The notes under the pieces are model-generated. The model saw only the letters and a program-made list of their open reading frames with translations, was not told where the DNA came from and did no database searches. DNA of 64,000 nt from Spirochaetia bacterium (GTDB taxonomy: Bacteria > Spirochaetota > Spirochaetia > DSM-2461). The position numbers were made by a program, and so were the translations under genes. Of the stretch, positions 20,053 to 30,968 are shown one piece after another. Positions within the stretch are counted from its first letter, which is position 1. Each line of letters opens with the position of its first letter. The stretch lies in the NCBI GenBank assembly GCA_963666985.2, contig CAXXIA010000001.1, positions 1,280,001 through 1,344,000 on the forward strand, in the 5' to 3' direction.

Positions 20053-20911
20053 AACCGAAACGAATCCCGCTAAGCGTAAAAAACATCGGGGATTGAGATT
20101 TTTTCTGACCTTGCTCATTCTGCTCGGCGCGTGTGGAACGGCTTTCTGGTTCGGTCTTCTCAGCATAGATCTGGAAGAAGGCGAATACGGTGTTGTCTAT
20201 ACGAAACTCAGGGGATACGAGGATCAAGCCGTAAAAAGCGGAGACTTCATCTGGCGATGGGAAGCCCTTATTCCGACAAACCTCACCCTGCATACCTTCA
20301 CTCTCGAACCGCGCGTCGTCGCGCTCAAATCATCGGGAACGCTGCCTTCCGGCGACTACTACAAGGCGCTTTCCGGTGAAAATATCGATTTCGGCTGGGA
20401 AGTCGAAACTCAGGTACGCTACAGACTTAATCCGGAGAAACTTCCCTCTCTTCTGGCAGACGGACGGCTGGATTCCGGACTGGAATCCCTCTATTCCGAA
20501 TATGAATCTCAAGTTATTACCGCTTTAAGACGGATTATGGATGAACAGGCCGGAGGTGATTCCGAGGCCTCGCCGACGGAACGAATCGGCGCCATGGAAA
20601 AAGAACTTACGGCCTTTTTAGAGACTCTTGATCATCCCATGGAGATTCTCGATGTTTCCGTTCTTGATTGGGACTTTCCCGACATGGCCCTCTATACGGA
20701 GATTCGCCGCATGGCCCTGGATTTGATGAAGAACCGGGAGGCGATTATCGCCGCGGTGGAAGACGCCGCCCTGAAGCGGCAGGACGCTCAGGATGCGAAA
20801 ATCACACTGCTTAACCGCTACGGCGAGGTTTTGGACCGCTATCCCATTCTCCTGGATCTTTTTTCGCTGGAAGGCAATCCCGGCGCCTCGCTCCTGCCCG
20901 AAAGGCCTTAG
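20042..20911 (+). CDS. Membrane-anchored protein, SPFH/Band-7-like
   Basis: N-terminal TM, GEYGVVYTK..G pattern, C-terminal coiled coil. Confidence 0.6.
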   Translation: MANKTETNPAKRKKHRGLRFFLTLLILLGACGTAFWFGLLSIDLEEGEYGVVYTKLRGYEDQAVKSGDFIWRWEALIPTNLTLHTFTLEPRVVALKSSGTLPSGDYYKALSGENIDFGWEVETQVRYRLNPEKLPSLLADGRLDSGLESLYSEYESQVITALRRIMDEQAGGDSEASPTERIGAMEKELTAFLETLDHPMEILDVSVLDWDFPDMALYTEIRRMALDLMKNREAIIAAVEDAALKRQDAQDAKITLLNRYGEVLDRYPILLDLFSLEGNPGASLLPERP

Positions 20912-21032
20912 GAATCCTCAAGCGGGGATCGGTCTTTCTTGCGGCTTTTTAGTCACAATGATGTGAACCGAATGCCCCCACTCGCAAAATCGTAGATTAC
21001 GCTTTTGTGAGACACACAGGAGCAGGCCTCTT

Positions 21033-21653
21033 TCACAAGGACCTGATCATCAGGAGGATTCCGGACTTCACGTCGATCATCGCTTCCTGAGAGGTAAGAC
21101 GATTGCTCAGGCTCACAGCTCCGTCTTCCCATTTCACGTTATCAAGCTTCCAGCGGAGTCCCTCGGAGCTGGCCTTCCAGGGCGCCGATCCGACCGGCGC
21201 GAATGAAACGGCTTCGCCCTCGGAGCCCTCAATACGGATCCGTCCCGAAACGGGACGGATGACTTCCCTGGCCGTATACCAGCAATCGGGAGCCGAAGAT
21301 CCTCCGAATAATCCGAGAAGAGCCAGGGTATGATCGATCCGGCCCTCACCGCCTCCGACAAGCAGCAGAGTCTTTATGCCTCGCGACTTCAGCCAAGCCA
21401 GTCCGATTTCCGTATCGGTATCATCTTTATCCCGCGGATGGATTTCTACGGCATCCGGCGGAAACTCATCCAGAAGAGAAACATCGGAGATGGAATCCAT
21501 ATCTCCGACGACACCATGAGGACGGAGATCCGCGGCCAAGGCCGCGTCAAGACCGGAATCGGCGGCACAGAGTACATCGTCGGGCCTTATAAGGCGCTTT
21601 AAAAACGACGGAGAGGGCCCGGCCCCTCCGATAAACAAGATTCCCCTCGACAC
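21033..21653 (-). CDS. thiN: Thiamine pyrophosphokinase
   Basis: AADSG, GDMDS, KDDTDTE, GGGEGRIDH, GLRW, LSN. Confidence 0.93.
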   Translation of the reverse strand: MSRGILFIGGAGPSPSFLKRLIRPDDVLCAADSGLDAALAADLRPHGVVGDMDSISDVSLLDEFPPDAVEIHPRDKDDTDTEIGLAWLKSRGIKTLLLVGGGEGRIDHTLALLGLFGGSSAPDCWYTAREVIRPVSGRIRIEGSEGEAVSFAPVGSAPWKASSEGLRWKLDNVKWEDGAVSLSNRLTSQEAMIDVKSGILLMIRSL

Positions 21654-21722
21654 CTTCGCCCCCCTGTAAAGACCGCTTTGGGGATCATCTTAAATAAAGA
21701 TGAGAAAAAACGCGATAAAAAC

Positions 21723-21749
21723 TAAGATCGCCCCTGATTCAGCCGATGA
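21723..21749 (+). promoter_or_regulatory. Sigma28 (FliA) promoter of flaB
   Basis: TAAG-N15-GCCGATGA versus consensus TAAA-N15-GCCGATAA. Confidence 0.8.
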
Positions 21750-21756
21750 AGAAATA

Positions 21757-21810
21757 GCGGATAAGGATGTCCGCGGAATTTTTCAGACTGATCAACATCA
21801 AGGAGGATGT
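21757..21810 (+). promoter_or_regulatory. Two CsrA-type GGA-loop hairpins in the flaB leader
   Basis: GCGGATA-AGGA-TGTCCGC (21757-21774) and ACATC-AAGGAG-GATGT over the RBS (21795-21810). Confidence 0.75.
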
Positions 21811-21811
21811 C

Positions 21812-22672
21812 ATGATCATCAATCACAACATGAGCGCTATGTTCGCAACGCGTCAGAGTAAAATCAACGACGGCAACACGTTGCACAGCATGGAGAAGCT
21901 TTCATCCGGTTTGCGTATTACCCGTGCGGGCGACGATGCATCCGGTTTAGCCGTATCCGAAAAGATGCGCTCTCAAATCCGTGGCCTTCAGCAGGCCAGC
22001 CGGAACGCCGCTGATGGTGTTTCGTTCATCCAGACCACCGAAGGCTATCTCCAGGAAACCTCCGACATCCTTCAGCGGATTCGCGAATTGGCCATCCAGG
22101 CCTCAAACGGAATTTATTCCTCCGAGGACCGGATGCAGATTCAGGTGGAAGTTTCCCAGTTGGTGGACGAGGTCGACCGGATCGCTTCTCATGCCCAGTT
22201 CAACGGCATGAACATGCTGACCGGCCGCTTTGCCCGTTACACCGGACTGAATTCGGTTACCTCCTCCATGTGGCTCCATATCGGCGCGAACATGGACCAG
22301 AGAGAACGAGTCTACATCGGCACAATGACGGCCGAGGCCCTCAATTTGAAGCAGGTCAGCACGGGAATCATCATCTCCATCTCCACTCCCGAGCAGGCCA
22401 ACCGCAACATCGGCCTTGTCGACGGTGCCCTGAAACAGGTGAACAAACAGCGCGCCGATTTGGGCGCTTATCAGAATCGACTCGAAATGGCCATTAAAGG
22501 CCTCGATGTCGGCGCCGAAAACCTGCAGGCATCGGAAAGTCGAATCCGAGATTTGAACATGGCACAGGAGACTGTCAATCTGACGAAGAATCAGATCCTC
22601 CACCAGGCCTCCAATGCCATGCTCGCTCAGGCCAATCAGTCCCAGCAGATGGTTCTTCAGCTGCTGCAGTAG
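21812..22672 (+). CDS. flaB: Periplasmic flagellar filament core protein (flagellin)
   Basis: [49 protein letters not shown]; start 21812. Confidence 0.98.
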   Translation: MIINHNMSAMFATRQSKINDGNTLHSMEKLSSGLRITRAGDDASGLAVSEKMRSQIRGLQQASRNAADGVSFIQTTEGYLQETSDILQRIRELAIQASNGIYSSEDRMQIQVEVSQLVDEVDRIASHAQFNGMNMLTGRFARYTGLNSVTSSMWLHIGANMDQRERVYIGTMTAEALNLKQVSTGIIISISTPEQANRNIGLVDGALKQVNKQRADLGAYQNRLEMAIKGLDVGAENLQASESRIRDLNMAQETVNLTKNQILHQASNAMLAQANQSQQMVLQLLQ

Positions 22673-22704
22673 CCTCGACTCGACAACCAACAAACGGATG
22701 ACTG

Positions 22705-22738
22705 GGGCCGCTTCGAGGAATCGAAGCGGCTCTTTTTT
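22705..22738 (+). terminator. Rho-independent terminator of flaB
   Basis: GGGCCGCTTCGA-GGAA-TCGAAGCGGCTC followed by a T run. Confidence 0.9.
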
Positions 22739-22796
22739 ATTGAACTTATCTCCGACCGGTTGACCCCTTCGGTCCGCTGACGATAGCCTCCATGCT

Positions 22797-24158
22797 ATGA
22801 AACGTCCTCCTATTCCAATTCCGAAAGAACTCAAAAAAGTCGCGGACATCTACGCGGACGCCGGCAAGCAATGCTGGCTGGTCGGCGGGGCTCTCCGTGA
22901 CGGTCTGATGGGACGAAAATCGGAGGACTTCGATATCGCCACCGATGCCGAGCCCGAAGAAACCGTCAAACTCTTCCACAGAACAATCCCCACGGGCATT
23001 AAACACGGTACGGTGACAATCCTTATGGGCTCCCATCAATTCGAAACGACGACATTCCGCACGGACGGAAAATACTCGGACGGACGGCGTCCGGATGAGG
23101 TGAACTATACGGATGATATCCGTGAAGATTTGGCCAGACGCGATTTTACCATAAACGCCATGGCCTGGAACCTTATCGACGGAGGACTTCTTGATCCGCA
23201 CGGCGGGAAAGCCGATCTTTCATCGCGAATCATCCGCGCCATCGGGGTTCCCGACGAACGGTTCAAGGAAGATTCCCTCAGATTGATCAGAGCCTGCCGG
23301 TTTGCCGCACAGCTGAATTTCAGCATTCAAAAAGAAACTCTGGATGCCATGCTCAGAACATTGGACGGTATCCCCTCTCTCTCCGTTGAACGGATTTGGG
23401 AAGAGATGAAAAAAATCTTCGCCTCCCCTCGCCCTTCCAAAGCCTTCAGCCTTTTTCACCGAACCCGAATCCTGCCGCTGATACTCCCGGAATTGGAAAT
23501 CTGCGCCGGTGTGGAGCAGAAAGGGCGGCATCTTTTGGATGTGTTCGATCATTGCCTTATTGCCTGCGATGTGGCGCCGATTGGAAATCTCGCTGTTCGA
23601 ACCGCGGCACTCTTCCACGATATCGGAAAGCCTTTGGTGAAATCCGTCGATGACAAGGATGAAGTTATTTTCCATAAACATGATGAGGCGAGCGCGGAAG
23701 CTGCCGAAAACATCCTGCGCCGTTACAAAACGCCGAATGCCTTCAGAGAACGCGTTGTTCGGCTGGTGCGCCATCATATGTTCCAATACACTTCCGAATG
23801 GACCGACGCGGCGGTTCGGAGGTTCATGTCGCGTGCGGGTCTTGATATTCTTGACGATCTTCTGGCCCTGCGCCTCGCGGATGCCGCGGCCGTCGCTCCG
23901 GGACAAAAGGCTTCAACCGCGCATCTGGCGGAACTCGTTTCCCGCGTCGATGGAATTTTGGAAGCCGAAAGCGCCCTGACGATCGGTGACTTAGCCGTGA
24001 ACGGAAACGATTTAATCCGGGAACTGAATCTTAAACCCGGGCCTCTTCTGGGAACCCTTTTGGATTATCTTTTGGATTGCGTGATTGAAGATCCGTCGGT
24101 CAATAAAAAGGAAAAGCTTCTGGACATGGCCCGCCGCCGGCTTGAGATTCATGTTTGA
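22797..24158 (+). CDS. cca: CCA tRNA nucleotidyltransferase (with HD domain)
   Basis: VGGALRD, DFDIAT, DLARRDFTINAMA, EDSLRLIR, FHDIGKP. Confidence 0.92.
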   Translation: MKRPPIPIPKELKKVADIYADAGKQCWLVGGALRDGLMGRKSEDFDIATDAEPEETVKLFHRTIPTGIKHGTVTILMGSHQFETTTFRTDGKYSDGRRPDEVNYTDDIREDLARRDFTINAMAWNLIDGGLLDPHGGKADLSSRIIRAIGVPDERFKEDSLRLIRACRFAAQLNFSIQKETLDAMLRTLDGIPSLSVERIWEEMKKIFASPRPSKAFSLFHRTRILPLILPELEICAGVEQKGRHLLDVFDHCLIACDVAPIGNLAVRTAALFHDIGKPLVKSVDDKDEVIFHKHDEASAEAAENILRRYKTPNAFRERVVRLVRHHMFQYTSEWTDAAVRRFMSRAGLDILDDLLALRLADAAAVAPGQKASTAHLAELVSRVDGILEAESALTIGDLAVNGNDLIRELNLKPGPLLGTLLDYLLDCVIEDPSVNKKEKLLDMARRRLEIHV

Positions 24159-24273
24159 CGGTCTTTTAGAACAGGATGCCGGATCTCCGTAAAGCGGGAG
24201 ACGAAAGACCACGATATCACTCGGATCTTTTTGATTTTTCGCGGCCGGAAAACCGGCCATACGACCGGCGGAA

Positions 24274-25308
24274 TTACGGAGGCGTTATGCTCCCGTCGAT
24301 ATCCCACAAATCTTCCCAGGACTGACCGTCTTTCCAAAGAAAAACCTGTCCTTTGATCAGGCGGCATCCTTTGTCGATTCCGGCAAGGGCTTTCATCTCC
24401 TCATCGGAAAAAGGCGGAAGTACGGCGCATTCCAAATTGGTCCTGATGTTCCGCCTCTTCGTGGAAAGAGGGATGGGGACCTGCCCTCTCTGCAGGGCCC
24501 ATTTCACGCAGGCCGCGGCCGGATGAAGGCCGTGCTTTTCGGCGATGTCCACCAGAACGGGATCTTCAATATCCACCGTATCCTCGGGCGTACGGTCCCG
24601 TTCCGGGCGTCCGGGCGAACCGATGGGACTGAAACCGATGGGAACGATGCCGCTGGATCGGACAAAATCAAAGAAATCGGGCTGCTGAAAATGCGGATGG
24701 AGTTCCATTTCATTGCAGGCGGGCTTAATTTCGGCATCTTTGAGAATCAGCTTCAGTTTGGGAATGGTGACATTGCTGGTACCGATATGCCGCACAAGAC
24801 CGGCCTTCACAAGCCGTTCCATCTGATTCCATGTTTTCATGAAGTTTTCATGGATATACGGCCGGGCGTCGGGCTGCCTGACATCCACGCCGCATCCGGG
24901 CGGATGATAGTTGGGGAAAGGCCAATGCACAAGGTATAAATCGAGATAATCGAGTTTCAGATCTTTAAGGCTCCGGGCGCAGGAAAGAAGCACATCGCCT
25001 TTCCCGTGCATATCGTTCCAAACCTTTGAGGTAATCCACACTTCATCCCGGCGAATCACACCGCTCTCGAATACCTCATTGAAAACCCGCCCAATCTCTT
25101 GTTCGTTGCCGTAGACCGACGCACAATCGATATGCCGGTATCCCAGGGCAAGGGCTTCTTTTACCGAAGAAGCAATCTCTTCGGCCGATACATGATCGGA
25201 ACCGAAAGTCCCCAGGCCCACGCAGGGGATTTCGGCTCCGGTATACAGTTTCACCGAGGGAACCAGACGGGGATTGAGTGCATCGGAGGCAATGCTGAAA
25301 TCACTCAT
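24274..25308 (-). CDS. Aldo/keto reductase
   Basis: [34 protein letters not shown]; start revised to 25308. Confidence 0.93.
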   Translation of the reverse strand: MSDFSIASDALNPRLVPSVKLYTGAEIPCVGLGTFGSDHVSAEEIASSVKEALALGYRHIDCASVYGNEQEIGRVFNEVFESGVIRRDEVWITSKVWNDMHGKGDVLLSCARSLKDLKLDYLDLYLVHWPFPNYHPPGCGVDVRQPDARPYIHENFMKTWNQMERLVKAGLVRHIGTSNVTIPKLKLILKDAEIKPACNEMELHPHFQQPDFFDFVRSSGIVPIGFSPIGSPGRPERDRTPEDTVDIEDPVLVDIAEKHGLHPAAACVKWALQRGQVPIPLSTKRRNIRTNLECAVLPPFSDEEMKALAGIDKGCRLIKGQVFLWKDGQSWEDLWDIDGSITPP

Positions 25309-26392
25309 CCCGCTGTTTTCCCATTTTGAGTTCTTCGTCGAAAACGACGGCCACTTTTCCGCATTTCCCGCCGGCCATGAGGGCATAAGCTTCATCGGCT
25401 TTTTCAAGAGAGAAGCGATGGGTCACCAGATCTTCGGGATGAAGGCCCCATCGCACGAGCCTCTCCACCAACTCTTCCATTCTCCAGATGTTGGTTACCC
25501 AGCTGCCGTAAATGGTTTTTTGGTCGTGAATAATATCGGGACTGGGCTGAAATTCCACTCTGCCGCCCTCGCCGATAAAACAAATCTTCCCCCATTTCCG
25601 GGCCGCCTGGATACAGGTAAGGCGGGCCTTGTCGTTGGCGCTGCAGTCCACGGCTTTTTCACAGCCCGAACCGCCTGTTAATTCTTTTACCCGGCGAACA
25701 TTGTCCGCGCCGGATTTCAGCACATGCGTGGCCAGCCCCAGCTTCAAAGCCAATTCAAGACGCTCTTCAATCACATCGATGCCGATGAGCGTTTTGGCGC
25801 CCATAGCCTTGGCGAGCATCAAAGCCGCCAGTCCCACGGGACCGATTCCCGTAACCAAAACGGCGTCATTGCCGCAGATTCCGATTTTCTCCAGACCTTC
25901 ATAAACGGTCCCGAAGCCGCAGGCGACTTGCGCGCCGTCGGTATAGGTGAGTTCATCGGGCAACAGCACCAAATCTTTTTCTTCGGCCAAAAGATATTCG
26001 GCCATACCGCCGTCCCGCTGCCATCCGTAAGCCTTGCGGAACTCTTCGCTGGTACAGCTGATCATATACCCCCTGCGGCAGTCGTTGCAGACGCCGCACC
26101 CGGAAATATGATACACAATTACCCTATCGCCCTCTTTGAATCTTCGCATTCCCGGCCCGCAGGATACGATCTGTCCGCAGGGTTCATGCCCCGCAATCAC
26201 GCCCTGATAGCCTTCGGGACCTTTTCCGAGGTGCTCATGATAAATGGCCCTGATATCCGAGCCGCAGATGGTTGAGCTCTTCATTTTAATCAGAACTTCG
26301 CCGTGTCCGGGCGTGGGAATCGCATATTCCCTGAATTCCACCGTACTGTCGCCCGGTAATACCGCCCCGTTCATTTTGCCCGTAATATTCAT
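25301..26392 (-). CDS. Zinc-binding medium-chain dehydrogenase (sugar/polyol or threonine dehydrogenase-like)
   Basis: [18 protein letters not shown]...C structural Zn, GIGPVG. Confidence 0.92.
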   Translation of the reverse strand: MNITGKMNGAVLPGDSTVEFREYAIPTPGHGEVLIKMKSSTICGSDIRAIYHEHLGKGPEGYQGVIAGHEPCGQIVSCGPGMRRFKEGDRVIVYHISGCGVCNDCRRGYMISCTSEEFRKAYGWQRDGGMAEYLLAEEKDLVLLPDELTYTDGAQVACGFGTVYEGLEKIGICGNDAVLVTGIGPVGLAALMLAKAMGAKTLIGIDVIEERLELALKLGLATHVLKSGADNVRRVKELTGGSGCEKAVDCSANDKARLTCIQAARKWGKICFIGEGGRVEFQPSPDIIHDQKTIYGSWVTNIWRMEELVERLVRWGLHPEDLVTHRFSLEKADEAYALMAGGKCGKVAVVFDEELKMGKQRDE

Positions 26393-26432
26393 AAACTCTC
26401 CTGTTGACGTACCATTATTTTAACGGCCTAAA

Positions 26433-27344
26433 ATGGCAAAAGAAATGATGAAGAATGGTGAGAAGATGCCAATTATCGACCCGGAAGAGCCCGATTTTTT
26501 CTCCAAACAAGTCAACTCGGCCAAAAGATTTTATACACTTCATAATCCTCAAGACGCCGAACAGGATATCATTCTGCTCAGCGGAGGCAGAGAAAGCTGT
26601 GTCCCAGGCTACCGAATTTCACGGAAGACGTTTCCCTACTTCAGCATGGAATTCGTCGCTTCGGGATCCGGCGAGCTGAATCTGGAAGGCCGCGCATTCG
26701 CCTTAACCCCCGGCGTGGTTTTTACCTACGGGCCGAGAATTCAACATACCATCACAAACCTCGGAATGAGTCCCTTGGTAAAATATTTCGTCAATTTCAC
26801 AGGATTAGGAGCAAAAAATCTGCTGGAGAGGCTAAATATTTTTCCCATCGTCATGCACACATCCGCGCCGGAGAGCATACTCGGAACCTTTGAGGAGCTT
26901 ACCGAATACGGCTTCCATCAGTCGCCCTACGGCAAAGAGATCCGCCTCCGTCTTCTGGAAGTGCTGCTTCTTAAATTCGCCGAATCGTCCGTAAACGGAA
27001 AAGACCGGGAAAGCCCCGCCTACGCCACGTACAGACGGTGCCGGCAGACAATCAACGGGAACTATCTGGAATTGAATACTCTGGAAGAATTGGCCGACCG
27101 CTGCAACACGGACGCTTCCTATTTGTGCCGGCTTTTCGGACGCTTTGATCATCAGAGTCCCTATAAATATCTGATGCGTCTGAAAATGAACTATGCCGCC
27201 GATCTTCTTCTGAATTCGGGAAGACCTATAAAAGAAGTCGCCGGAATTATGAGGTATGAAGACCCTTACCATTTTTCCAGGGCTTTCCGCAATTACATGG
27301 GAATATCACCGCGGGATTTTCGTAAAAGGAATCATAAAGATTGA
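26433..27344 (+). CDS. AraC-family transcriptional regulator
   Basis: Cupin N-terminus, YLCRLF, IKEVA...DPYHFSRAFRNYMGISPRDFR; start may be 26466; divergent from the dehydrogenase operon. Confidence 0.92.
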   Translation: MAKEMMKNGEKMPIIDPEEPDFFSKQVNSAKRFYTLHNPQDAEQDIILLSGGRESCVPGYRISRKTFPYFSMEFVASGSGELNLEGRAFALTPGVVFTYGPRIQHTITNLGMSPLVKYFVNFTGLGAKNLLERLNIFPIVMHTSAPESILGTFEELTEYGFHQSPYGKEIRLRLLEVLLLKFAESSVNGKDRESPAYATYRRCRQTINGNYLELNTLEELADRCNTDASYLCRLFGRFDHQSPYKYLMRLKMNYAADLLLNSGRPIKEVAGIMRYEDPYHFSRAFRNYMGISPRDFRKRNHKD

Positions 27345-27453
27345 TTTGAAGCATAGAGCGCGGCCGAAAGCCCCCGAAAAAAAATGCCTCGCCCGGCGTT
27401 CCGAGCGGAAGCGAATATATTCGCTTAAGAATCGAAAAAAACGCCTCGGCCCC

Positions 27454-28212
27454 TCACTCTAACGAATTCAGGGCTTCATAAGCCAAACGGGCCGCTTCCT
27501 GTTCGGCCTTTTTCTTATTACCGCCCTTCCCCGGTCCGTAAACGGTTTCCTGCACAACCACGTTCATCCAAAATGTTCTTTGATGATCCGGACCGGTTTT
27601 CTTCTGAAGGATGTACTTCGGATAGCTGTGATATCGCTTCTGGACGATTTCCTGAAGAAGTGTCTTGTAATCCTTACGATGCCGATTCGCCAAGACGGTT
27701 TCAATCGGTCCTTTAAGATAGCGAAGAATAAATTTAGAGGCTTTCTCGTATCCGGCATCCAAATAATAAGCGCCGATAACAGCTTCCATGCAGTCGGAAA
27801 GAAGCGCTTTCTTCTTCCTGCCCCCGGACATTTCCTCGCCCTTGCCGACATGCACAATCCCGTCGATACCGAGTTCAAGGGCAATCACCGCAAGAGAATC
27901 TTCGCTGACCACATGAGATTTAATCTTGGCCAAATCACCTTCGGGGCGATCGGGAAGCAAACGAAAGAGATAATCGGCTACGACAATACCGAGGACGGAA
28001 TCTCCGAGGAATTCAAGCCTCTCGTTGTTGTCGATGGTTTGCGGGATTTCGTTGACGAATGAACGATGACAAAAAGCGAGGTCCAGGAGTTCCAGCCTCC
28101 TGAACCTCATGCCTGCATTTTTCTGAAATCGAAGAAGTTCCTTCTTTCGCGTCGAATCCAATTGAGGCGTCTTAACGGAAAGAACCTCAGGAGCGCGTGA
28201 AGGAACCAGCAT
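27454..28212 (-). CDS. rnc: Ribonuclease III
   Basis: NERLEFLGDSVL, DCMEAVIGA, dsRBD DYKTLLQE. Confidence 0.97.
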   Translation of the reverse strand: MLVPSRAPEVLSVKTPQLDSTRKKELLRFQKNAGMRFRRLELLDLAFCHRSFVNEIPQTIDNNERLEFLGDSVLGIVVADYLFRLLPDRPEGDLAKIKSHVVSEDSLAVIALELGIDGIVHVGKGEEMSGGRKKKALLSDCMEAVIGAYYLDAGYEKASKFILRYLKGPIETVLANRHRKDYKTLLQEIVQKRYHSYPKYILQKKTGPDHQRTFWMNVVVQETVYGPGKGGNKKKAEQEAARLAYEALNSLE

Positions 28213-28224
28213 AAGCTAAAAAAC

Positions 28225-28473
28225 CTATTCTTTGTCTTTCAGCTGCTCCTCGATGAAAGTCAGGGCGTCCTGAACTTTCTCGAATTCGGTGGCTTTCTCG
28301 TCGGGAACGGAAACGCCGAGTTCCGAATCGATCGCATAAAGCAGCTCATAGGTGTCGAGGCTGTCGGCGCCGAGATCCTCACGGAATCGCGACTCCAAGG
28401 CAATCTTATCTTTCTCAACTTCGAGCTTGTCGGCGATGAGATCCTTAAGTTTTTCGAAAAGTTCGGTGTTCAT
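28225..28473 (-). CDS. acpP: Acyl carrier protein
   Basis: DLGADSLD phosphopantetheine motif. Confidence 0.95.
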   Translation of the reverse strand: MNTELFEKLKDLIADKLEVEKDKIALESRFREDLGADSLDTYELLYAIDSELGVSVPDEKATEFEKVQDALTFIEEQLKDKE

Positions 28474-28568
28474 GTCATGCTCCTTGAATTCTTATGGAAG
28501 TTGGATCTTGTCGATTGCGTTCTTTCACAGTTACGGCAAATAACAAGCGACAAGATTCGGCTTGAAAA

Positions 28569-28757
28569 TCAACCCATATTCTCGGGTTCAATAATCTGAT
28601 TTCCCTTATAGAAACCACATTTTGGACAAACTCGATGTCTCATAACCTTATTTCCGCAGTTGGCGCACGTAATAAGGCTGGGCACGGCGAGTTTCATGTT
28701 GATGGAGCGTCGACGACGGCTCCGTGCTTTCGACGTCCTGAATTTGGGTACCGCCAT
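28569..28757 (-). CDS. rpmF: 50S ribosomal protein L32
   Basis: MAVPK.RTSK, CANCG...HRVCPKCGFYKG; start 28757. Confidence 0.97.
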   Translation of the reverse strand: MAVPKFRTSKARSRRRRSINMKLAVPSLITCANCGNKVMRHRVCPKCGFYKGNQIIEPENMG

Positions 28758-28861
28758 GTATTTCCTCACTGATAAACGTATTGCGAGCCATAATATTATG
28801 GTCGATGATTTCAGTCAAGTAGTTTACAACTGGTCGAAAAATGTCAAAATAAAATCGATAT

Positions 28862-29344
28862 CTACCGTACAACCGATTTTAACGACTTTTCCACCTCCGG
28901 CGGAACCATGGCGGAAATATCGCCGTCGAGTTCCAGTAATTCTTTAATGGAACTCGATCTGAGAACGAGATACTTCGGCTCGGTCGGAAGAAGGATTGTT
29001 TCGATTCCCTCGCTCAGCAGCTTATTGAGAATGGATAACTCCAATTCGTACGCGAAATCCGCCGAAGAACGGACACCTCGAAGAAGTACTCGAGCTCCGA
29101 TGTTCCGGCAGTAATCAACGATGAGTCCGTCAAAAGTCGACACAACGACATGCGGAAGACCCAGCCGTGAGATTTCTCCCTCCAAAAGGCGCTTTTTTTC
29201 CAGGGGATCGAGCATGGATGTCTTTTTCGGATTCACGGCGATAACAACATCCAGGGAATCGAACAGGGCCGCGCCCCTCCGGATAATGTTCAAATGACCG
29301 TATGTCGGAGGATCGAACGATCCGGGAAATACCGCTTTAACCAT
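28862..29344 (-). CDS. coaD: Phosphopantetheine adenylyltransferase
   Basis: FPGSFDPPTYGH, LLRGVR, DFAYE, SSSIKE. Confidence 0.96.
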   Translation of the reverse strand: MVKAVFPGSFDPPTYGHLNIIRRGAALFDSLDVVIAVNPKKTSMLDPLEKKRLLEGEISRLGLPHVVVSTFDGLIVDYCRNIGARVLLRGVRSSADFAYELELSILNKLLSEGIETILLPTEPKYLVLRSSSIKELLELDGDISAMVPPEVEKSLKSVVR

Positions 29345-29440
29345 GGTGCATCATACCTTTGACGTTTCTTTGGGTCAAAGCAATAGGATAACTTTTTTAC
29401 GTTTGACGCAATGTTGGCGATGAGCGTACAATTGCACTGT

Positions 29441-30001
29441 ATGAAAGCGGTAATAACGACGATTATCACAGTTTCATTATTGGTATTTTCCTGTGCTACA
29501 ACCACTCTGGACCCGATTCCCGAGAATCTTCCTTCGGAACAGCCCGCCGAACCGGAGAGCACACCCGAGCCCGCGCCGGAGATTGAACCCGCAGAGACTC
29601 CCGAAGATGAAACATTCGAGGTTTCCCAAGAAGTTTACGATCAGACACATAATGAGATTCAGGAACTTATAGAAAAGCTCAACAGTGTAATTTCCAAAAG
29701 GGATTACGAAGGCTGGCTGAGGTATCTTTCTCCGAAGTATAAAGACACCTATAGCTCGAAAGAAACCCTGAATGATATCAATCAGTCACCGCTGTTGAAG
29801 GATAACGGTATCGTTCTCAAGAATTTGAACGATTATTTCGACTGGGTGATTGTTCCGAGCCGCTCCAGAGCCGTTCTGAATGAGATTGTTTTCGTCGATG
29901 AGAACAAAGTCATCGCATACTCATCCTATTCGGGCAAAAGGGCAAGGCTCTATGAACTGGAACGCATCGGCGGACGCTGGCTGGTTTCCGAATGGGAGTA
30001 A
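29441..30001 (+). CDS. Hypothetical lipoprotein
   Basis: Spirochaetal lipobox LVFSC, Pro/Glu-rich linker; start revised to 29441. Confidence 0.8.
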   Translation: MKAVITTIITVSLLVFSCATTTLDPIPENLPSEQPAEPESTPEPAPEIEPAETPEDETFEVSQEVYDQTHNEIQELIEKLNSVISKRDYEGWLRYLSPKYKDTYSSKETLNDINQSPLLKDNGIVLKNLNDYFDWVIVPSRSRAVLNEIVFVDENKVIAYSSYSGKRARLYELERIGGRWLVSEWE

Positions 30002-30094
30002 ACGAACTTTTCCAAAATACAGAGGTTACTCTGGTTATTGGCAAACCTCGCCGATACAATAATATAGAATCAATAGTTGAATAGGGAGCCCAAA

Positions 30095-30808
30095 ATGAAG
30101 ATTCGTGCCATCAGCATCGTCTCTATTTTCTGCGCCGCACTCATACCCGTCATGGCTCAGGAATCGGAAGACCAGACGGTGACAGAACTTTATCTTCAGA
30201 GCCAAATCAAGGTTCAGGTCATCAGAGCCGAGGCGGCCGATCCCGAAAGGGACATGAAGTTGATCGCCTTGGACGATATAGAATCTCTCCTCCAGGATGA
30301 TCCCGGCAATGCGGAAGTTCTCGGCGTTCTTAAGGAACTCGGCGGAGAAGGCGTTACCAACGTCGTCAGGGAACAGGGACATGTCATCAATAATTTTCCC
30401 GACGTCCGATCGCGCGCCGCGGAAATTCTCGGGCAGCAGGGAAGTCCCGAAGCGGCCGGAGAGCTGGCAACGATGCTCCTGACCGATCCCGAGCCCATGG
30501 TGATGTCCTCGGCCATTCAAGCTATCGCCGAAATCGAACTTGAGGACAATGAAGCCCGCGGGAAACGCGATAGAGCCATGGCGGCTTCCATCTACCGCCA
30601 GACCGCGGTTAATAAAGACAATACGTTCGCATACCGTTTTCTCGAAGCTGTGGAAATCATCGTGGAAAGAGAAGGACGACTGAGCGATCCCATGATTCTT
30701 GAAGAAGTGGCCAAGATCGCCAATGCCAGAAACGGCTACAATCGCGCCGTTCGAGAGCGGGCCTACACCCTTCTTCGGGCTCTTTCGGGAACATCCGGGA
30801 AATCTTAA
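30095..30808 (+). CDS. Secreted HEAT-repeat protein
   Basis: Signal peptide, DVRSRAAEILG...DPEPMVMSSAIQAI; start 30095. Confidence 0.78.
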   Translation: MKIRAISIVSIFCAALIPVMAQESEDQTVTELYLQSQIKVQVIRAEAADPERDMKLIALDDIESLLQDDPGNAEVLGVLKELGGEGVTNVVREQGHVINNFPDVRSRAAEILGQQGSPEAAGELATMLLTDPEPMVMSSAIQAIAEIELEDNEARGKRDRAMAASIYRQTAVNKDNTFAYRFLEAVEIIVEREGRLSDPMILEEVAKIANARNGYNRAVRERAYTLLRALSGTSGKS

Positions 30809-30830
30809 GATCGGATTTACGAAAATCATC

Positions 30831-30863
30831 AAAAAAAACCGCCCTGGAAACGGGCGGTTTTTT
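30831..30863. terminator. Bidirectional rho-independent terminator
   Basis: A8-CCGCCC-N-GGGCGG-T6 between convergent genes. Confidence 0.85.
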
Positions 30864-30968
30864 CATGTCCGACTTTTTTTTGCATCTCATGCTTGTATGG
30901 GAAAGACTATCTTCAACCGCCGATATCCGCTAAAAAACACCCTTTATTAAGGTTATTCTTCAATTCCT

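Noticed and set aside
30031..30057. Sigma28 promoter before the HEAT-repeat gene
   Set aside because: GCCGATAC is present but no TAAA-like -35 at 15-bp spacing
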